The translations under genes were made by a program, and so were the position numbers. The notes beneath the pieces were generated by a model, which was not told where the DNA came from, did not search any database, and saw nothing but the letters and a program-made list of their open reading frames with translations. From IMG/VR virus record IMGVR_UViG_3300012347_000031: a DNA stretch of 64,000 nucleotides; one strand, 5' to 3'. Below, in pieces: positions 17,859 through 27,452 of this stretch. The stretch's first letter is position 1. Every line of letters starts with the position of its first letter. This stretch comes from an uncultured virus (IMG/VR IMGVR_UViG_3300012347_000031) (taxonomy: Duplodnaviria > Heunggongvirae > Uroviricota > Caudoviricetes).

Positions 17859-19259
17859 CTAAAACTTGAATCCGTCAAAACTCTTTTCTTCTCTATGTAT
17901 TCGTTTTCCAAACGTGGATTTATCGAACATTGGTCCATCGTCTTTGTCTTGTCCAGAGTCAGACAAACCAGACTGCGCAGATTCTTCTACGTCATACAGT
18001 TTCATCTTAGCTCGATCAATACCAACAACGAATCGTTTGTAGAAGCTAGGGTCATTGTATCGGTTCTTCAATTGCTTGACGATGATTTGATTCAATGCTT
18101 CTAGTTCTTCGTTCGACACCAACGCAAACATAAAGTCGGCAGTCGCAGGCAGACCAAAAGATTCAGATGTATCTTCAAGACCTGGATCGGAGTTTGAATA
18201 GCCAGAGCGAGTAGTTTGTGTAGCCGATAGGATCGGAACATTATACTCAACTGCCAGACCACGCAACTCTTCTGCGATGCTCTTAATGTATGTATAAGAG
18301 TTTACAGAGCCACCTTGCTTCATACGTTGAGAAGCGCAGATGTTCAAGTAGTCAATCATAATAATATCAGGAGTGAAGTCTCGTTTCAGTTTCAATTCTT
18401 CCAACAGTGCTCTGAAGTGACCAGCATGAGCAGATGCAGTTGGATATTCCTTAATGATCAGTTTACCTTTGGTCTTGTTCGCAATCTTCTGCAAACGAGT
18501 TTCAAAGATATCCTTATCAACAACCTTCAATTCATCCATGGTTAGGTTCAGAAGGTTCGCGTCAATACGTTCAGCGATACGTTCTTCAGCCATTTCCATT
18601 GTGATGTAAAGCACGTTACGTCCTTGAGTCAAGCAGCCAGCAGCCACGTGACACATGAACAATGATTTACCAACACCAGTACCAGCCAATGCGATGTTCA
18701 ATGTTTTCTTAGACAGACCACCTTTGGTAATCTTATTGAACATCTCCAAGTCGAAGGCAATCTTCTCTTCAACTCGATGGTAGTAATCGAAACGTGCGTC
18801 ATGGTCACCCAAGTAATCATGACCAACGTGACTGTCAAAACAAACTGACAGTGCTTCGGAAAGGATAGAAGGGATAGCGTCTTGTGTGTGTTGTTTGTCT
18901 CGTCCGTCAATAATCTTGATTGAGTCAACAATCGCATTATAGACAGCTTTGTCCTTACAGAACTTCTCAGTGTTTGTAACTAACCAGTCACCATTGATAG
19001 GCGCTTGCACCAACTCATTGATGTAGTCATTCACCTCACCCAACTCTTTGTCAATCAGGTCTTTGCGGTTTCCAACTTCAATCGAGAGGATTTCTTTAGT
19101 GGCTGGCTTGTTATACTTGTTGAAGAATTCGATAATCTCTGAGATGACTATCGCTTCTTTTCTGTCGGCAAAGTAACTCTTCTTAAGAAAGGGAATTACC
19201 TTGCGACAGTACTGTTCATCATAAATTAGATTCGCCAGAATCGTCTGTTCTATTCTCAT
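17859..19259 (-). CDS. gp41: Replicative DNA helicase (T4 gp41)
   Basis: AGTGVGKS, ITMEMAEE, IDYLNI, SATQTTR and SESFGLPATAD. Confidence 0.97.
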   Translation of the reverse strand: MRIEQTILANLIYDEQYCRKVIPFLKKSYFADRKEAIVISEIIEFFNKYNKPATKEILSIEVGNRKDLIDKELGEVNDYINELVQAPINGDWLVTNTEKFCKDKAVYNAIVDSIKIIDGRDKQHTQDAIPSILSEALSVCFDSHVGHDYLGDHDARFDYYHRVEEKIAFDLEMFNKITKGGLSKKTLNIALAGTGVGKSLFMCHVAAGCLTQGRNVLYITMEMAEERIAERIDANLLNLTMDELKVVDKDIFETRLQKIANKTKGKLIIKEYPTASAHAGHFRALLEELKLKRDFTPDIIMIDYLNICASQRMKQGGSVNSYTYIKSIAEELRGLAVEYNVPILSATQTTRSGYSNSDPGLEDTSESFGLPATADFMFALVSNEELEALNQIIVKQLKNRYNDPSFYKRFVVGIDRAKMKLYDVEESAQSGLSDSGQDKDDGPMFDKSTFGKRIHREEKSFDGFKF

Positions 19260-19545
19260 CAACTCCGCCTGTGTACACTACCTCATTCTTGGCTAACTGC
19301 TCTGTAATAATATCAGTCAGGATGTCGCCTAGTAATGTAGTAAATTTTTCGTTAGACTTTAGCTTTTCTTTGTCGCGCCCATCAGCGTCATGAACTGTAA
19401 ACTCGAATTGGAGTTTCATCATGTCGTTTTCTTCGAGGAACCCAACCTTGCCGTAAGAGTAAATTATACCTGAGAACTTACCTTCTGTCAACTTAATAAG
19501 GTGGAACCCTTGCGAGTTCGCACCTAACACTTCGTAGTTTTTCAT
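19219..19545 (-). CDS. Hypothetical protein at the T4 gp40 position
   Basis: 108 aa ORF between uvsX and gp41. Confidence 0.5.
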   Translation of the reverse strand: MKNYEVLGANSQGFHLIKLTEGKFSGIIYSYGKVGFLEENDMMKLQFEFTVHDADGRDKEKLKSNEKFTTLLGDILTDIITEQLAKNEVVYTGGVDENRTDDSGESNL

Positions 19546-20615
19546 TCTTCAAAGTCCAACTCTTCAAGAGCCTTGTCCAAGTCGTCAGCTTTGATCATAT
19601 CAACTTGACCAACAGAGTAACGATCCTTTACAAAGTCGTAAAAAGATTTCTGAGTTAGCAACGGCATCCAGAATTCCTTGGAATCTGTATCCTTGATACG
19701 CCATTTCTTCTCTTCGACTTCACCAGTCTCCAAGTTTACTTTTGAATACCAACCATTGCTAGGTTTGATAACATGTCCTGATTCGAGTGCAATATCAAGT
19801 AGACCGCTCCACTTGCTAATACCACCGTCAAAAGATACGGACACAGGGATCTTAGATTTTTCTTTAACATAACGAGATTTTTCCACATTGATAATGAAGT
19901 TGTAACCGACGACTTCAGTACCTTCTTTTTCTTGCTGGCGACCCAAGATGAAGATGTTGTCAGCAGAGTAGTAAGAACCAGTACCACCACCAACGATATC
20001 CTTAGGATACAAACCAATTTCTTTGTAAGTATGGTTCACAACTACGCAAGGAATGTCCTTCATAGTCAAGTGAGGNNNNNNNNNNNNNNNNNNNNNNNNN
20101 NNNNNNNNNNNNNNNNNNNNNNNNNNNNNNNNNNNNNNNNNNNNNNNNNNNNNNNNNNNNNNNNNNNNNNNNNNNNNNNNNNNNNNNNNNNNNNNNNNNN
20201 NNNNNNNNNNNNNNNNNNNNNNNNNNNNNNNNNNNNNNNNNNNNNNNNNNNNNNNNNNNNNNNNNNNNNNNNNNNNNNNNNNNNNNNNNNNNNNNNNNNN
20301 NNNNNNNNNNNNNNNNNNNNNNNNNNNNNNNNNNNNNNNNNNNNNNNNNNNNNNNNNNNNNNNNNNNNNNNNNNNNTTGTCCAAGTAAGCCTTAGCCATC
20401 AAAAGGCTGAACGCTGTTTTAAAATGCTTCGATGGACCAGCCCACATAGTAAGACCTGGAACTAAACCACCGTCCAAACGACCAGACAACGCAACGTTGA
20501 TGACTGGGATCGAAGTAGGAATCATATCCTTCTTCTTGAAGAACTTAGATGAAGAGAGGATAGATGTCTCTTTGATCGTTGAGTTCTTTTTTAGTTTATC
20601 TAAAATGCTAGCCAT
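19542..20615 (-). CDS. uvsX: RecA-like recombinase UvsX (interrupted by an N-gap)
   Basis: AGPSKHFKT and VVNHTY...GGGTGSYYSAD...EKSRYVKEK. Confidence 0.95.
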   Translation of the reverse strand: MASILDKLKKNSTIKETSILSSSKFFKKKDMIPTSIPVINVALSGRLDGGLVPGLTMWAGPSKHFKTAFSLLMAKAYLDXXXXXXXXXXXXXXXXXXXXXXXXXXXXXXXXXXXXXXXXXXXXXXXXXXXXXXXXXXXXXXXXXXXXXXXXXXXXXXXXXXXXXXXXXXXXXXXXXXXXXPHLTMKDIPCVVVNHTYKEIGLYPKDIVGGGTGSYYSADNIFILGRQQEKEGTEVVGYNFIINVEKSRYVKEKSKIPVSVSFDGGISKWSGLLDIALESGHVIKPSNGWYSKVNLETGEVEEKKWRIKDTDSKEFWMPLLTQKSFYDFVKDRYSVGQVDMIKADDLDKALEELDFEE

Positions 20616-20866
20616 TATTCACCCTTCATAAATTTCAAAACAGCAGCTTCGTTCATCACGCCAGAAACGCGACGTTGTTCTGCACCTTTATCATCTACAA
20701 CAATCATTGTAGGAACGCCACGGATGCCATACTGTTTAGCCAACTCCATGTTCTGGTCGATATCAATTTCTTCCAACTGCATTGGGAGATCTCCCATGTC
20801 ACCGATGACGGTGCTCAACATCTTGCATGGACCACACCATGATGCGCTAAATTTTAATACTTTCAT
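20615..20866 (-). CDS. Thioredoxin
   Basis: WCGPC active site and GVPT. Confidence 0.92.
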   Translation of the reverse strand: MKVLKFSASWCGPCKMLSTVIGDMGDLPMQLEEIDIDQNMELAKQYGIRGVPTMIVVDDKGAEQRRVSGVMNEAAVLKFMKGE

Positions 20867-20892
20867 ATGTTTCCTTTGTATAGTTTATATTA

Positions 20893-23379
20893 TTAACCGA
20901 AGAAGTCTTCCAGTGAGGATTCTTCCTGAGTCTTCCAGCCGAGTGGTTCAATAACAATCTGCAACGCATCCAAGAATACCTTCTCAAACTGCTTGTCGTA
21001 ATCTATGTATTGCTGTAACGCAAACTCTTTTGGCAGTTCTGTGGCGAAGGCAATGACGTCTTCTTGCAGAGGGTTTGGTGTTCGTACGTAAATGAACTTG
21101 ATCTTGTCACCATCTTTAATCGCTTGATACTTGTTATCAATCCCGAAACGTTTGCAGTGATGATTGAACAACAAAGCACCACGAACGTGGATTGGTGTAC
21201 CCTTTTGATAGATTGGAGAACCAGCGTACTGTTTCATTCCATTCACACCACGAGGGAACGCGATGTCTTGTACTGGCATCTTGATGAACTCTTCGCGGAA
21301 TTCGGTTACATACTTATGCAGTTTCTTCTCGTCACCTTCTAGGATAACGTTGATGGAGTCTCGCAACTTGTCACGAATGACGGCTGGCGTTGAAGACTTG
21401 ACCATCTCCAGACCCATAACCTTAATCTTAGGCTTCGCGTATTGCACACCTTCGGAGTTATGCACGTTCAGAACATAACGCTTCTTGGCAGTCCAGATAC
21501 CTTTGTCGGCTAGAACTTCTCGCTTCATAACCATCTTCTGGCTATATGCGTTCATGTACTTTGCCAACTCTTGGTAACCATCATCAATGAATGGTTGGAA
21601 TACGTCTTCGCAGATCTTGTCCATGAACTTGATCTTGGCTTCGGTATCTTTACCAGCGCAAACCTTCTCAACGAGAGTCTCGAGAGTCAGGTAGATTGAG
21701 TCGGTGTCGATAGCAACAACGTAGTCTTGCCCTTCGGTCTTCAGCGTCTTGTTCATGAATGCGTTCAACTTGTTCGCCATCCAACGAATCGACAATTGAC
21801 CAGAAGTGGTAATACCTTCAGCCATACGGATATCGAAGTATCGGAAATACTGGTTGCCCATCGCACCATAAGCAGAGTTCAAAGCAATCTTCATAGCCAT
21901 CTGCAGGTTGTTCAAACGTGAGATGTCTTTCAACAAGTGCTTCTTGCTCTTGTCTTTTTCGTACTCTTGCTGAACACCAAGCATCTGCTTCTTGAACTTG
22001 GAACGGTCTTTGTACATCTTCTCCATCAACTCAGGCATGAAACCCTTGATGTCTTTACGATAGCACCAGCCGTTTGCAGTCAGAGCCAAGTCGCGACGAT
22101 GTGCGTAAGACGTATCAACTTCTTGGTTCAACAGCTTGTCAACAGTGACAGGTAGTTTCTCGTGAGTCAAAGTCTCAGGCGAGATGTTATACTGCATGAT
22201 CAAGTGGGGATACAGTGAGTTCAAGTCGAACGATGCCATCCACTTATGCATACCAATGATAGGATCCTTAACATAAGCACCTTCGAACTGTGCATCCTTA
22301 CCAGAGAAAGACTTCGCTGGAATGACGATACCCTTTGCGCGCAGGTGATTGTAGATGATAGAATCCCACATACGAACTTGTGAGTAAACATCCTCTGGAT
22401 TGATCTTAGCATTATACGCCATGGTCAGATGCAGTTCAATCAAACGCATCTTGTCTTCGAATCGGTCAACCAACTCCACGTCTTGAATGTTATACTCAAC
22501 GAACTGCTGCCAGTGGTGAGTGTAGAATCCCTTGAACGTATCGGATGGGTTCTCTTTCTTCTTGTCGCCCAACTCTTGTTCAGCGATGTAGTCCAAACGA
22601 TACGACTCTTGCTTCGAGTAAGTATACTTCTTGTACAACTCCAAGTAGTCAAGCTGGCTGATGCCGAGGATGTCGTAGTGAATTTCTTCGTTACCTTTGA
22701 TGAACGTCTTGCGCTCATTGACCATACCCCATGGGCTGAACTTGTTGGCAAACGTATCACCCAACTCGCGTGCAATACGGCGAATCAAATAAGGTACGTC
22801 GAAGAAGTCGGTATTCCAGCCAGTGATAATATCTGGGTAGTTACCTTGCCACCAGATCATGAACTCTTTAAGCAGGTGTTGTTCGTCACGACAGTTGATG
22901 TAAACTAAGTCATCGCGATTGTGGACGAATGCGCCTACACCAAACGTAATGATACGCTTGGACGTAAAGTCTTTGACTGTGATGAGGAGAACTTCCTCGT
23001 TGGCTGTGGCAATGGATGGGAATCCAGACTCGACTTTGGTCTCGATGTCAATCGTGTAGACTTTGATCAATTCCATATCCCAGTTCACATCGCCTTCATA
23101 GGTGTCACTGATATATTGATAAGCGTAGTTGGTGTTACCGAATACTGAGAAACCTTGTACATCGTCGTACCGTTTAACGAACTCTCGAGTATCGCGGATA
23201 GATCCAGGCTTCACTTCATCAACATACAAGCCATCCAAAGTCTGCCATTTGGTAGGAGACTTTGCAGTGACGTATAAGGTTGGATAGAAATCTAGTTTGC
23301 GACTGTAGGCACGACCCTTGTCGTAGCCTCGAACTAAAATCTTGTCACCCACTGGGTGAACACTTGTGTAAAATTCCAT
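20893..23379 (-). CDS. gp43: Family B DNA polymerase (T4 gp43)
   Basis: DIET exonuclease motif, SFDLNSLYPH, KIALNSAYG, DTDS and KKRY. Confidence 0.98.
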   Translation of the reverse strand: MEFYTSVHPVGDKILVRGYDKGRAYSRKLDFYPTLYVTAKSPTKWQTLDGLYVDEVKPGSIRDTREFVKRYDDVQGFSVFGNTNYAYQYISDTYEGDVNWDMELIKVYTIDIETKVESGFPSIATANEEVLLITVKDFTSKRIITFGVGAFVHNRDDLVYINCRDEQHLLKEFMIWWQGNYPDIITGWNTDFFDVPYLIRRIARELGDTFANKFSPWGMVNERKTFIKGNEEIHYDILGISQLDYLELYKKYTYSKQESYRLDYIAEQELGDKKKENPSDTFKGFYTHHWQQFVEYNIQDVELVDRFEDKMRLIELHLTMAYNAKINPEDVYSQVRMWDSIIYNHLRAKGIVIPAKSFSGKDAQFEGAYVKDPIIGMHKWMASFDLNSLYPHLIMQYNISPETLTHEKLPVTVDKLLNQEVDTSYAHRRDLALTANGWCYRKDIKGFMPELMEKMYKDRSKFKKQMLGVQQEYEKDKSKKHLLKDISRLNNLQMAMKIALNSAYGAMGNQYFRYFDIRMAEGITTSGQLSIRWMANKLNAFMNKTLKTEGQDYVVAIDTDSIYLTLETLVEKVCAGKDTEAKIKFMDKICEDVFQPFIDDGYQELAKYMNAYSQKMVMKREVLADKGIWTAKKRYVLNVHNSEGVQYAKPKIKVMGLEMVKSSTPAVIRDKLRDSINVILEGDEKKLHKYVTEFREEFIKMPVQDIAFPRGVNGMKQYAGSPIYQKGTPIHVRGALLFNHHCKRFGIDNKYQAIKDGDKIKFIYVRTPNPLQEDVIAFATELPKEFALQQYIDYDKQFEKVFLDALQIVIEPLGWKTQEESSLEDFFG

Positions 23380-23957
23380 TAAGCAGGTTTTCCATACATT
23401 AGCATCATTGCGTCGAGTGCACAGTCATGCACTGGGTGATGCTTAATCACTTGGGCGCGAGAGAATTCAGGATGCTCAACGCTGCAGTATCCATTAGACG
23501 AACCGTATAAAATATCAACTGCGGTTCGCACGTCACGCCATTGTGCGTAGCCAGTCAGTTCGAGCATGCCACATTTGGTGGACAGAGAATCAATTGCCAA
23601 CTGGTCGAGTGAACCCCTAGCCCACATGGTCTGCTTCTGAGCGTTGGGGTATTTGTTCATATAGTTATGAAGTTCTGTGATGGCTTCTTCAGCAGTCAAG
23701 TCGAAGCCAGAAGGATCCAACGATACCTTCCTCACATATTCATGTTGGTTTTGCCACCACTCGAGAGTCGAGAGTGTGACTGTGCGACCAAGTCGATTGG
23801 CTTGGTCTTTCGCTTTGATTTTAACGAAGCATGCATCATCAAGCAACTTCTGGTAGCTTGGCTTTTCGGCTGGATCAAAATGGATTAACGCTGCCGAAAG
23901 AACGACAGCGTTAGACTCCACGCCCAATGTTTCCACATCAAATATGAACATAGTCAA
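23379..23957 (-). CDS. DEDDh 3'-5' exonuclease (DexA-like)
   Basis: FDVETLG, WARG, RDVRT and HHPVHDCALD. Confidence 0.85.
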   Translation of the reverse strand: MTMFIFDVETLGVESNAVVLSAALIHFDPAEKPSYQKLLDDACFVKIKAKDQANRLGRTVTLSTLEWWQNQHEYVRKVSLDPSGFDLTAEEAITELHNYMNKYPNAQKQTMWARGSLDQLAIDSLSTKCGMLELTGYAQWRDVRTAVDILYGSSNGYCSVEHPEFSRAQVIKHHPVHDCALDAMMLMYGKPA

Positions 23958-24279
23958 TTTCCATAAAGTTAGTATCGTGGTGCATCAATTCCATAGTTGT
24001 GCCTTCGATGTCATCGACTTCTTTTTGGAACGAAGCAAACACACCAGCCGTATAACCACCCATACCATAAACATTCTTATGACAACGATACACGCTACCA
24101 CTCGAACCAGTGAACAGATATGTCTGTCCGTCTTCTTCAATCTTTGTAATACCGCTGTTCAGCTTCCAGCTGTCACCCTTCGCAAAACCACCATAGAATG
24201 TAGCAAGGATTTTATAAATCACTTCACCCTTGTAGTTGAACTTCAACATGACCCACTTGTCTGGGTTATACTCACTCAT
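23938..24279 (-). CDS. Conserved phage hypothetical protein
   Basis: PDKWV...GGF..GDSWKLNSGIT...GSSGSVYRC. Coupled to both neighbours. Confidence 0.6.
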   Translation of the reverse strand: MSEYNPDKWVMLKFNYKGEVIYKILATFYGGFAKGDSWKLNSGITKIEEDGQTYLFTGSSGSVYRCHKNVYGMGGYTAGVFASFQKEVDDIEGTTMELMHHDTNFMEIDYVHI

Positions 24280-25574
24280 TTTATATCCTTACTAGAATCT
24301 GCTTCTGTTTTGTCATCGCGAATCTCAAGAACGATTGGGAGGAACAAAGATTCTTCTCCAGCTTTATTCTTGATTCTCATATTATACTTGATCGCGGCGA
24401 TTTTGTCAACTATATTTTCACCCCAAAGAGCCTTGCGTTGGTCGTCGCTGAAACCAGATCCAGCACGAACCTTAATAACAGCATCAGAAGATTCCAAGAG
24501 AATTGCACCAAGCATACCTGCATACTTGCCTGTACCTTCTTCAACTCCAACAATCTTCAAGTCACATTCCAACTCGCCTTTGAATTTGATTTGACCTTTG
24601 GATCGTTTGTTTTCCCAGATACCATTCTTGTCTTTCAGGATGATGCCTTCTTGACCATCAGCCAAGAACTTCTCGAAGATTACATTGGCTGCTTCGATGT
24701 TCTCAACGCTGACGCTGTAGACCAAACCAACTTTCTCTGGCTCATGTTTAGCCAGAAGAGTGGCTAGAGAATCGTAGCGTTTGCTGTATGCAACAGGACA
24801 CTCACCATCAACAAAGTACATGTAAGGGATAACGTCCCATACAGTGGCATGAACCTTAGCTGCATCAGCTGCAGTGATTGTACCCTTGTTGGCTTTGTTC
24901 AGGATGCCGTTGCCAGTCTGACGATCGAGAATCTTTCCATTCTCTTTGACAAGCAACTCACCATCGAAGACGCAGTCCACGTCACCTGCCATTGCGATGA
25001 AGTCAGCGTCGAGGTTTCCCAGCAGTTGAATTTCTTTGCCATTGCGTGAACGATACTCCACTTTGCCATCCCGAACGATGGCGTTGAATCGCATCCCGTC
25101 CATCTTCAGCTGCACGTAGGCTGGGAACTTGATTTTGTCCACGAGTTTCTGCTCGAACGGGCTGCACAACATTACTGGATATTCTAGCACCAAGCCAGTC
25201 CACACTGCGTTTGCTGTACTTACTTGTACTCCACATTTTAAATCTTTCTGAATGATACGTTCGATGACCTTAGCGTCNNNNNNNNNNNNNNNNNNNNNNN
25301 NNNNNNNNNNNNNNNNNNNNNNNNNNNNNNNNNNNNNNNNNNNNNNNNNNNNNNNNNNNNNNNNNNNNNNNNNNNNNNNNNNNNNNNNNNNNNNNNNNNN
25401 NNNNNNNNNNNNNNNNNNNNNNNNNNNNNNNNNNNNNNNNNNNNNNNNNNNNNNNNNNNNNNNNNNNNNNNNNNNNNNNNNNNNNNNNNNNNNNNNNNNN
25501 NNNNNNNNNNNNNNGATCTTGTAGTTGCGTCCAGAGTTAGACGCAAGTTCATTCAGGAATGCATTAATGTTCAT
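24276..25574 (-). CDS. gp30: ATP-dependent DNA ligase (T4 gp30-like; N-gap)
   Basis: QLKMDGMR, FDGELL, EGIILK, KRSK...KFK and GSGFSD. Confidence 0.95.
   Translation of the reverse strand: MNINAFLNELASNSGRNYKIXXXXXXXXXXXXXXXXXXXXXXXXXXXXXXXXXXXXXXXXXXXXXXXXXXXXXXXXXXXXXXXXXXXXXXXXXXXXXXXDAKVIERIIQKDLKCGVQVSTANAVWTGLVLEYPVMLCSPFEQKLVDKIKFPAYVQLKMDGMRFNAIVRDGKVEYRSRNGKEIQLLGNLDADFIAMAGDVDCVFDGELLVKENGKILDRQTGNGILNKANKGTITAADAAKVHATVWDVIPYMYFVDGECPVAYSKRYDSLATLLAKHEPEKVGLVYSVSVENIEAANVIFEKFLADGQEGIILKDKNGIWENKRSKGQIKFKGELECDLKIVGVEEGTGKYAGMLGAILLESSDAVIKVRAGSGFSDDQRKALWGENIVDKIAAIKYNMRIKNKAGEESLFLPIVLEIRDDKTEADSSKDIK
24381..24409 (-). promoter_or_regulatory. Consensus sigma70 promoter inside the ligase 3' end
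   Basis: TTGACA-aaatcgccgcgatcaag (17 bp)-TATAAT. Confidence 0.7.
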
Positions 25575-25759
25575 TTACGTTTCAATTCTTTAAAGGTTCT
25601 GCGACGAGTATCGAAACCGATGGGCTTCTTAAACTTTGTAGTCTTGCCAGTGTTCACGTTGTAGAACGCGACCATCTTAGACTTGTCGTCAGTCAGGTAG
25701 TAGATGTGGTTAGGGCAATCAACTGCCCAGTCTTTAGTCGTTTCCTGAAATACACGCAT
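25571..25759 (-). CDS. Small hypothetical protein
   Basis: ORF coupled to neighbours by TGATG and ATGA overlaps. Confidence 0.55.
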   Translation of the reverse strand: MRVFQETTKDWAVDCPNHIYYLTDDKSKMVAFYNVNTGKTTKFKKPIGFDTRRRTFKELKRK

Positions 25760-25962
25760 CACAGAGACTTAGTAGGGAAACCCATTGCGAAACCAGAAGT
25801 GCCAGTTGAACCAGACTTGGTAGTCTTACCTGACATCTTTTGCTTCGGAGCCTTGCGTGCTTTCACGACTTCAACTTGACCACCACGAGCAAGGAATTGC
25901 TGGAGTGCGTCAGAGGTTTCTTCACGGACTTGAGATTTGGTTTTGTAGATAGTTGCTTGCAT
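25759..25962 (-). CDS. Small basic protein, SutA RNAP-binding-domain-like
   Basis: ALQQFLARGGQVEVV. GAGGA SD before ATG 25962. Confidence 0.5.
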   Translation of the reverse strand: MQATIYKTKSQVREETSDALQQFLARGGQVEVVKARKAPKQKMSGKTTKSGSTGTSGFAMGFPTKSL

Positions 25963-25981
25963 GATATTTTCCTCTTTCAAA

Positions 25982-26176
25982 TTAAACAAAGTCGAACACA
26001 GCTTCATTGTCAACACGGCTCAGGATGATACCGCAGTCGAGAGTTTCCAGCAGGATCGTTTCGAGACGAACAGCTTCACGAGGGGTGCACTCTACGAAAA
26101 GAGTACCGTTGAAGAACTCAGCATTGGTATCCATCTCGTTAGACACCACAGACAAAACGCTAGACTCGAAACTCAT
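25982..26176 (-). CDS. Small acidic early hypothetical protein
   Basis: MSFESSVL... is the first ORF after the promoter at 26207-26235. Confidence 0.55.
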   Translation of the reverse strand: MSFESSVLSVVSNEMDTNAEFFNGTLFVECTPREAVRLETILLETLDCGIILSRVDNEAVFDFV

Positions 26177-26206
26177 TTGGAACCCTTTCTCAATCACAAT
26201 AGAGTT

Positions 26207-26272
26207 ATTATACAGCAGTGATGTATGAAAGGCAACAACTATTTGCAATGACCCTACAGAGTTGAGGGGATT
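26207..26272 (-). promoter_or_regulatory. Early sigma70-type promoter with upstream inverted repeat (cassette copy 1)
   Basis: TTGCCT-17 bp-TATAAT plus an imperfect palindrome ACCCTAC...GAGGGG. Near-copy at 35289-35355. Confidence 0.75.
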
Positions 26273-26294
26273 GTAAACCCTTGTAGATACAAGC

Positions 26295-26319
26295 AAAAAA
26301 GCCTCCGCTAAGGGAGGCT
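26295..26319 (-). terminator. Rho-independent terminator
   Basis: AGCCTCC-cttagc-GGAGGCT followed by a T-run on the minus strand. Confidence 0.75.
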
Positions 26320-26339
26320 AGTAGGGGCTTTGCAGGGAG

Positions 26340-26648
26340 TTAGGGCATCTGCAAACCAGCGAGAGCAGAGGCTGGAGCGATCTGGATTCCAGAACCGAAG
26401 ATTCGATTGTACTCGTTCTTCATTTGTGCCTCTGGGCTTGCTTCAGCTGCGATAGCGCTGTTGTTCAAGAAGATTTTGCCTTCTGCGTATGGCATGTATG
26501 GAGCAAGCCCAACACCCACACCTTGCGCAGTTTGTTGCATCATGATGTTCGCTGGCTTCTCTAAGAAGTAACCAGCCTCAGAACCACTTGACACTTCACT
26601 GATGATTTCCTCACCATTGATCAGTCTAAAAACTTTAATATCACTCAT
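26340..26648 (-). CDS. Conserved small protein, Sm-like fold suspected
   Basis: IKVFRLINGEEII...PYMPY...YNRIFGSGI. Confidence 0.6.
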   Translation of the reverse strand: MSDIKVFRLINGEEIISEVSSGSEAGYFLEKPANIMMQQTAQGVGVGLAPYMPYAEGKIFLNNSAIAAEASPEAQMKNEYNRIFGSGIQIAPASALAGLQMP

Positions 26649-26650
26649 CG

Positions 26651-26854
26651 TTATTCCTCTATAAGTTTTTCAATAAAATCAGCTGCATGATGTTGGCTGA
26701 AGAAATAACGTATCATTAAGTTCTCCACATCAAAACAGTTCATAGCTATTACCATAATTTGTTTATTCTTGAAGACGGACACCTTCAATATCCATTCGCC
26801 TCTGCGAACAGTGACGAAGGATAAAAGATTGGGCGTCAGTCTTGCTTTGTTCAT
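26651..26854 (-). CDS. Hypothetical protein
   Basis: 67 aa ORF with CTAAATA just upstream. Confidence 0.45.
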   Translation of the reverse strand: MNKARLTPNLLSFVTVRRGEWILKVSVFKNKQIMVIAMNCFDVENLMIRYFFSQHHAADFIEKLIEE

Positions 26855-26863
26855 ACCTAGTAT

Positions 26864-27421
26864 TTAGGTATTACGTCTCCAATAAAAGTCAAAAACTCTA
26901 TACTGATTTTTCAACAGCATATCATAGACTGCCATACGATCAACGTAGGCATCTTCGACATATGTCATTGGAGTTGGTGGTTCGATTTGAACCAATGCGT
27001 CTGTCTCGCCACCAGAACTAACCACAGTCATATCGTTTTTCTTAGCGATGTGACGCATGACTTGGTTCTCAGTTAGACAGTGCATGAAGACCTGCGTGAT
27101 ACCTTTCGTGCGCAACCATGTGACTGCTCTATCAAACATGGACTGGGCTAGACCTTGTCCACGAAATTCAGAGTCAACAGAACAACCAAGTTCTGATTCG
27201 CCATTGTACACAGCAGCGTGACATGCAGCAGCTAAACGTCCATCAATACAATCAACACCAAACCACTGAGAGTCTTCGTTGAATGAATTGTTGACGTACA
27301 TAGCGATACCATCGTCGCTAATACCAGCACCAAACCTCAACCTACGATCTTCTCCTTGAAGAGACTGTAGATGAGCAATTATCTTTGGCGCATCGAGCAC
27401 ATGTAGTTTTCTTGCGATCAT
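26864..27421 (-). CDS. GNAT acetyltransferase
   Basis: DRRLRFG, ELGCSVDSEFRGQGLA and CLTENQVMRHIAKK. Confidence 0.85.
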   Translation of the reverse strand: MIARKLHVLDAPKIIAHLQSLQGEDRRLRFGAGISDDGIAMYVNNSFNEDSQWFGVDCIDGRLAAACHAAVYNGESELGCSVDSEFRGQGLAQSMFDRAVTWLRTKGITQVFMHCLTENQVMRHIAKKNDMTVVSSGGETDALVQIEPPTPMTYVEDAYVDRMAVYDMLLKNQYRVFDFYWRRNT

Positions 27422-27452
27422 AATACTGAAGGGGAGTTTCCTCCCCTGTTGC

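Noticed and set aside
20076..20376. N-run inside uvsX (also 25278-25514 in ligase, 32347-32437, and 36658-37492) as possible intron or intein sites
   Set aside because: These are unknown bases. The flanks stay in frame and total lengths look ordinary for uvsX and ligase, so there is no evidence of an insertion.
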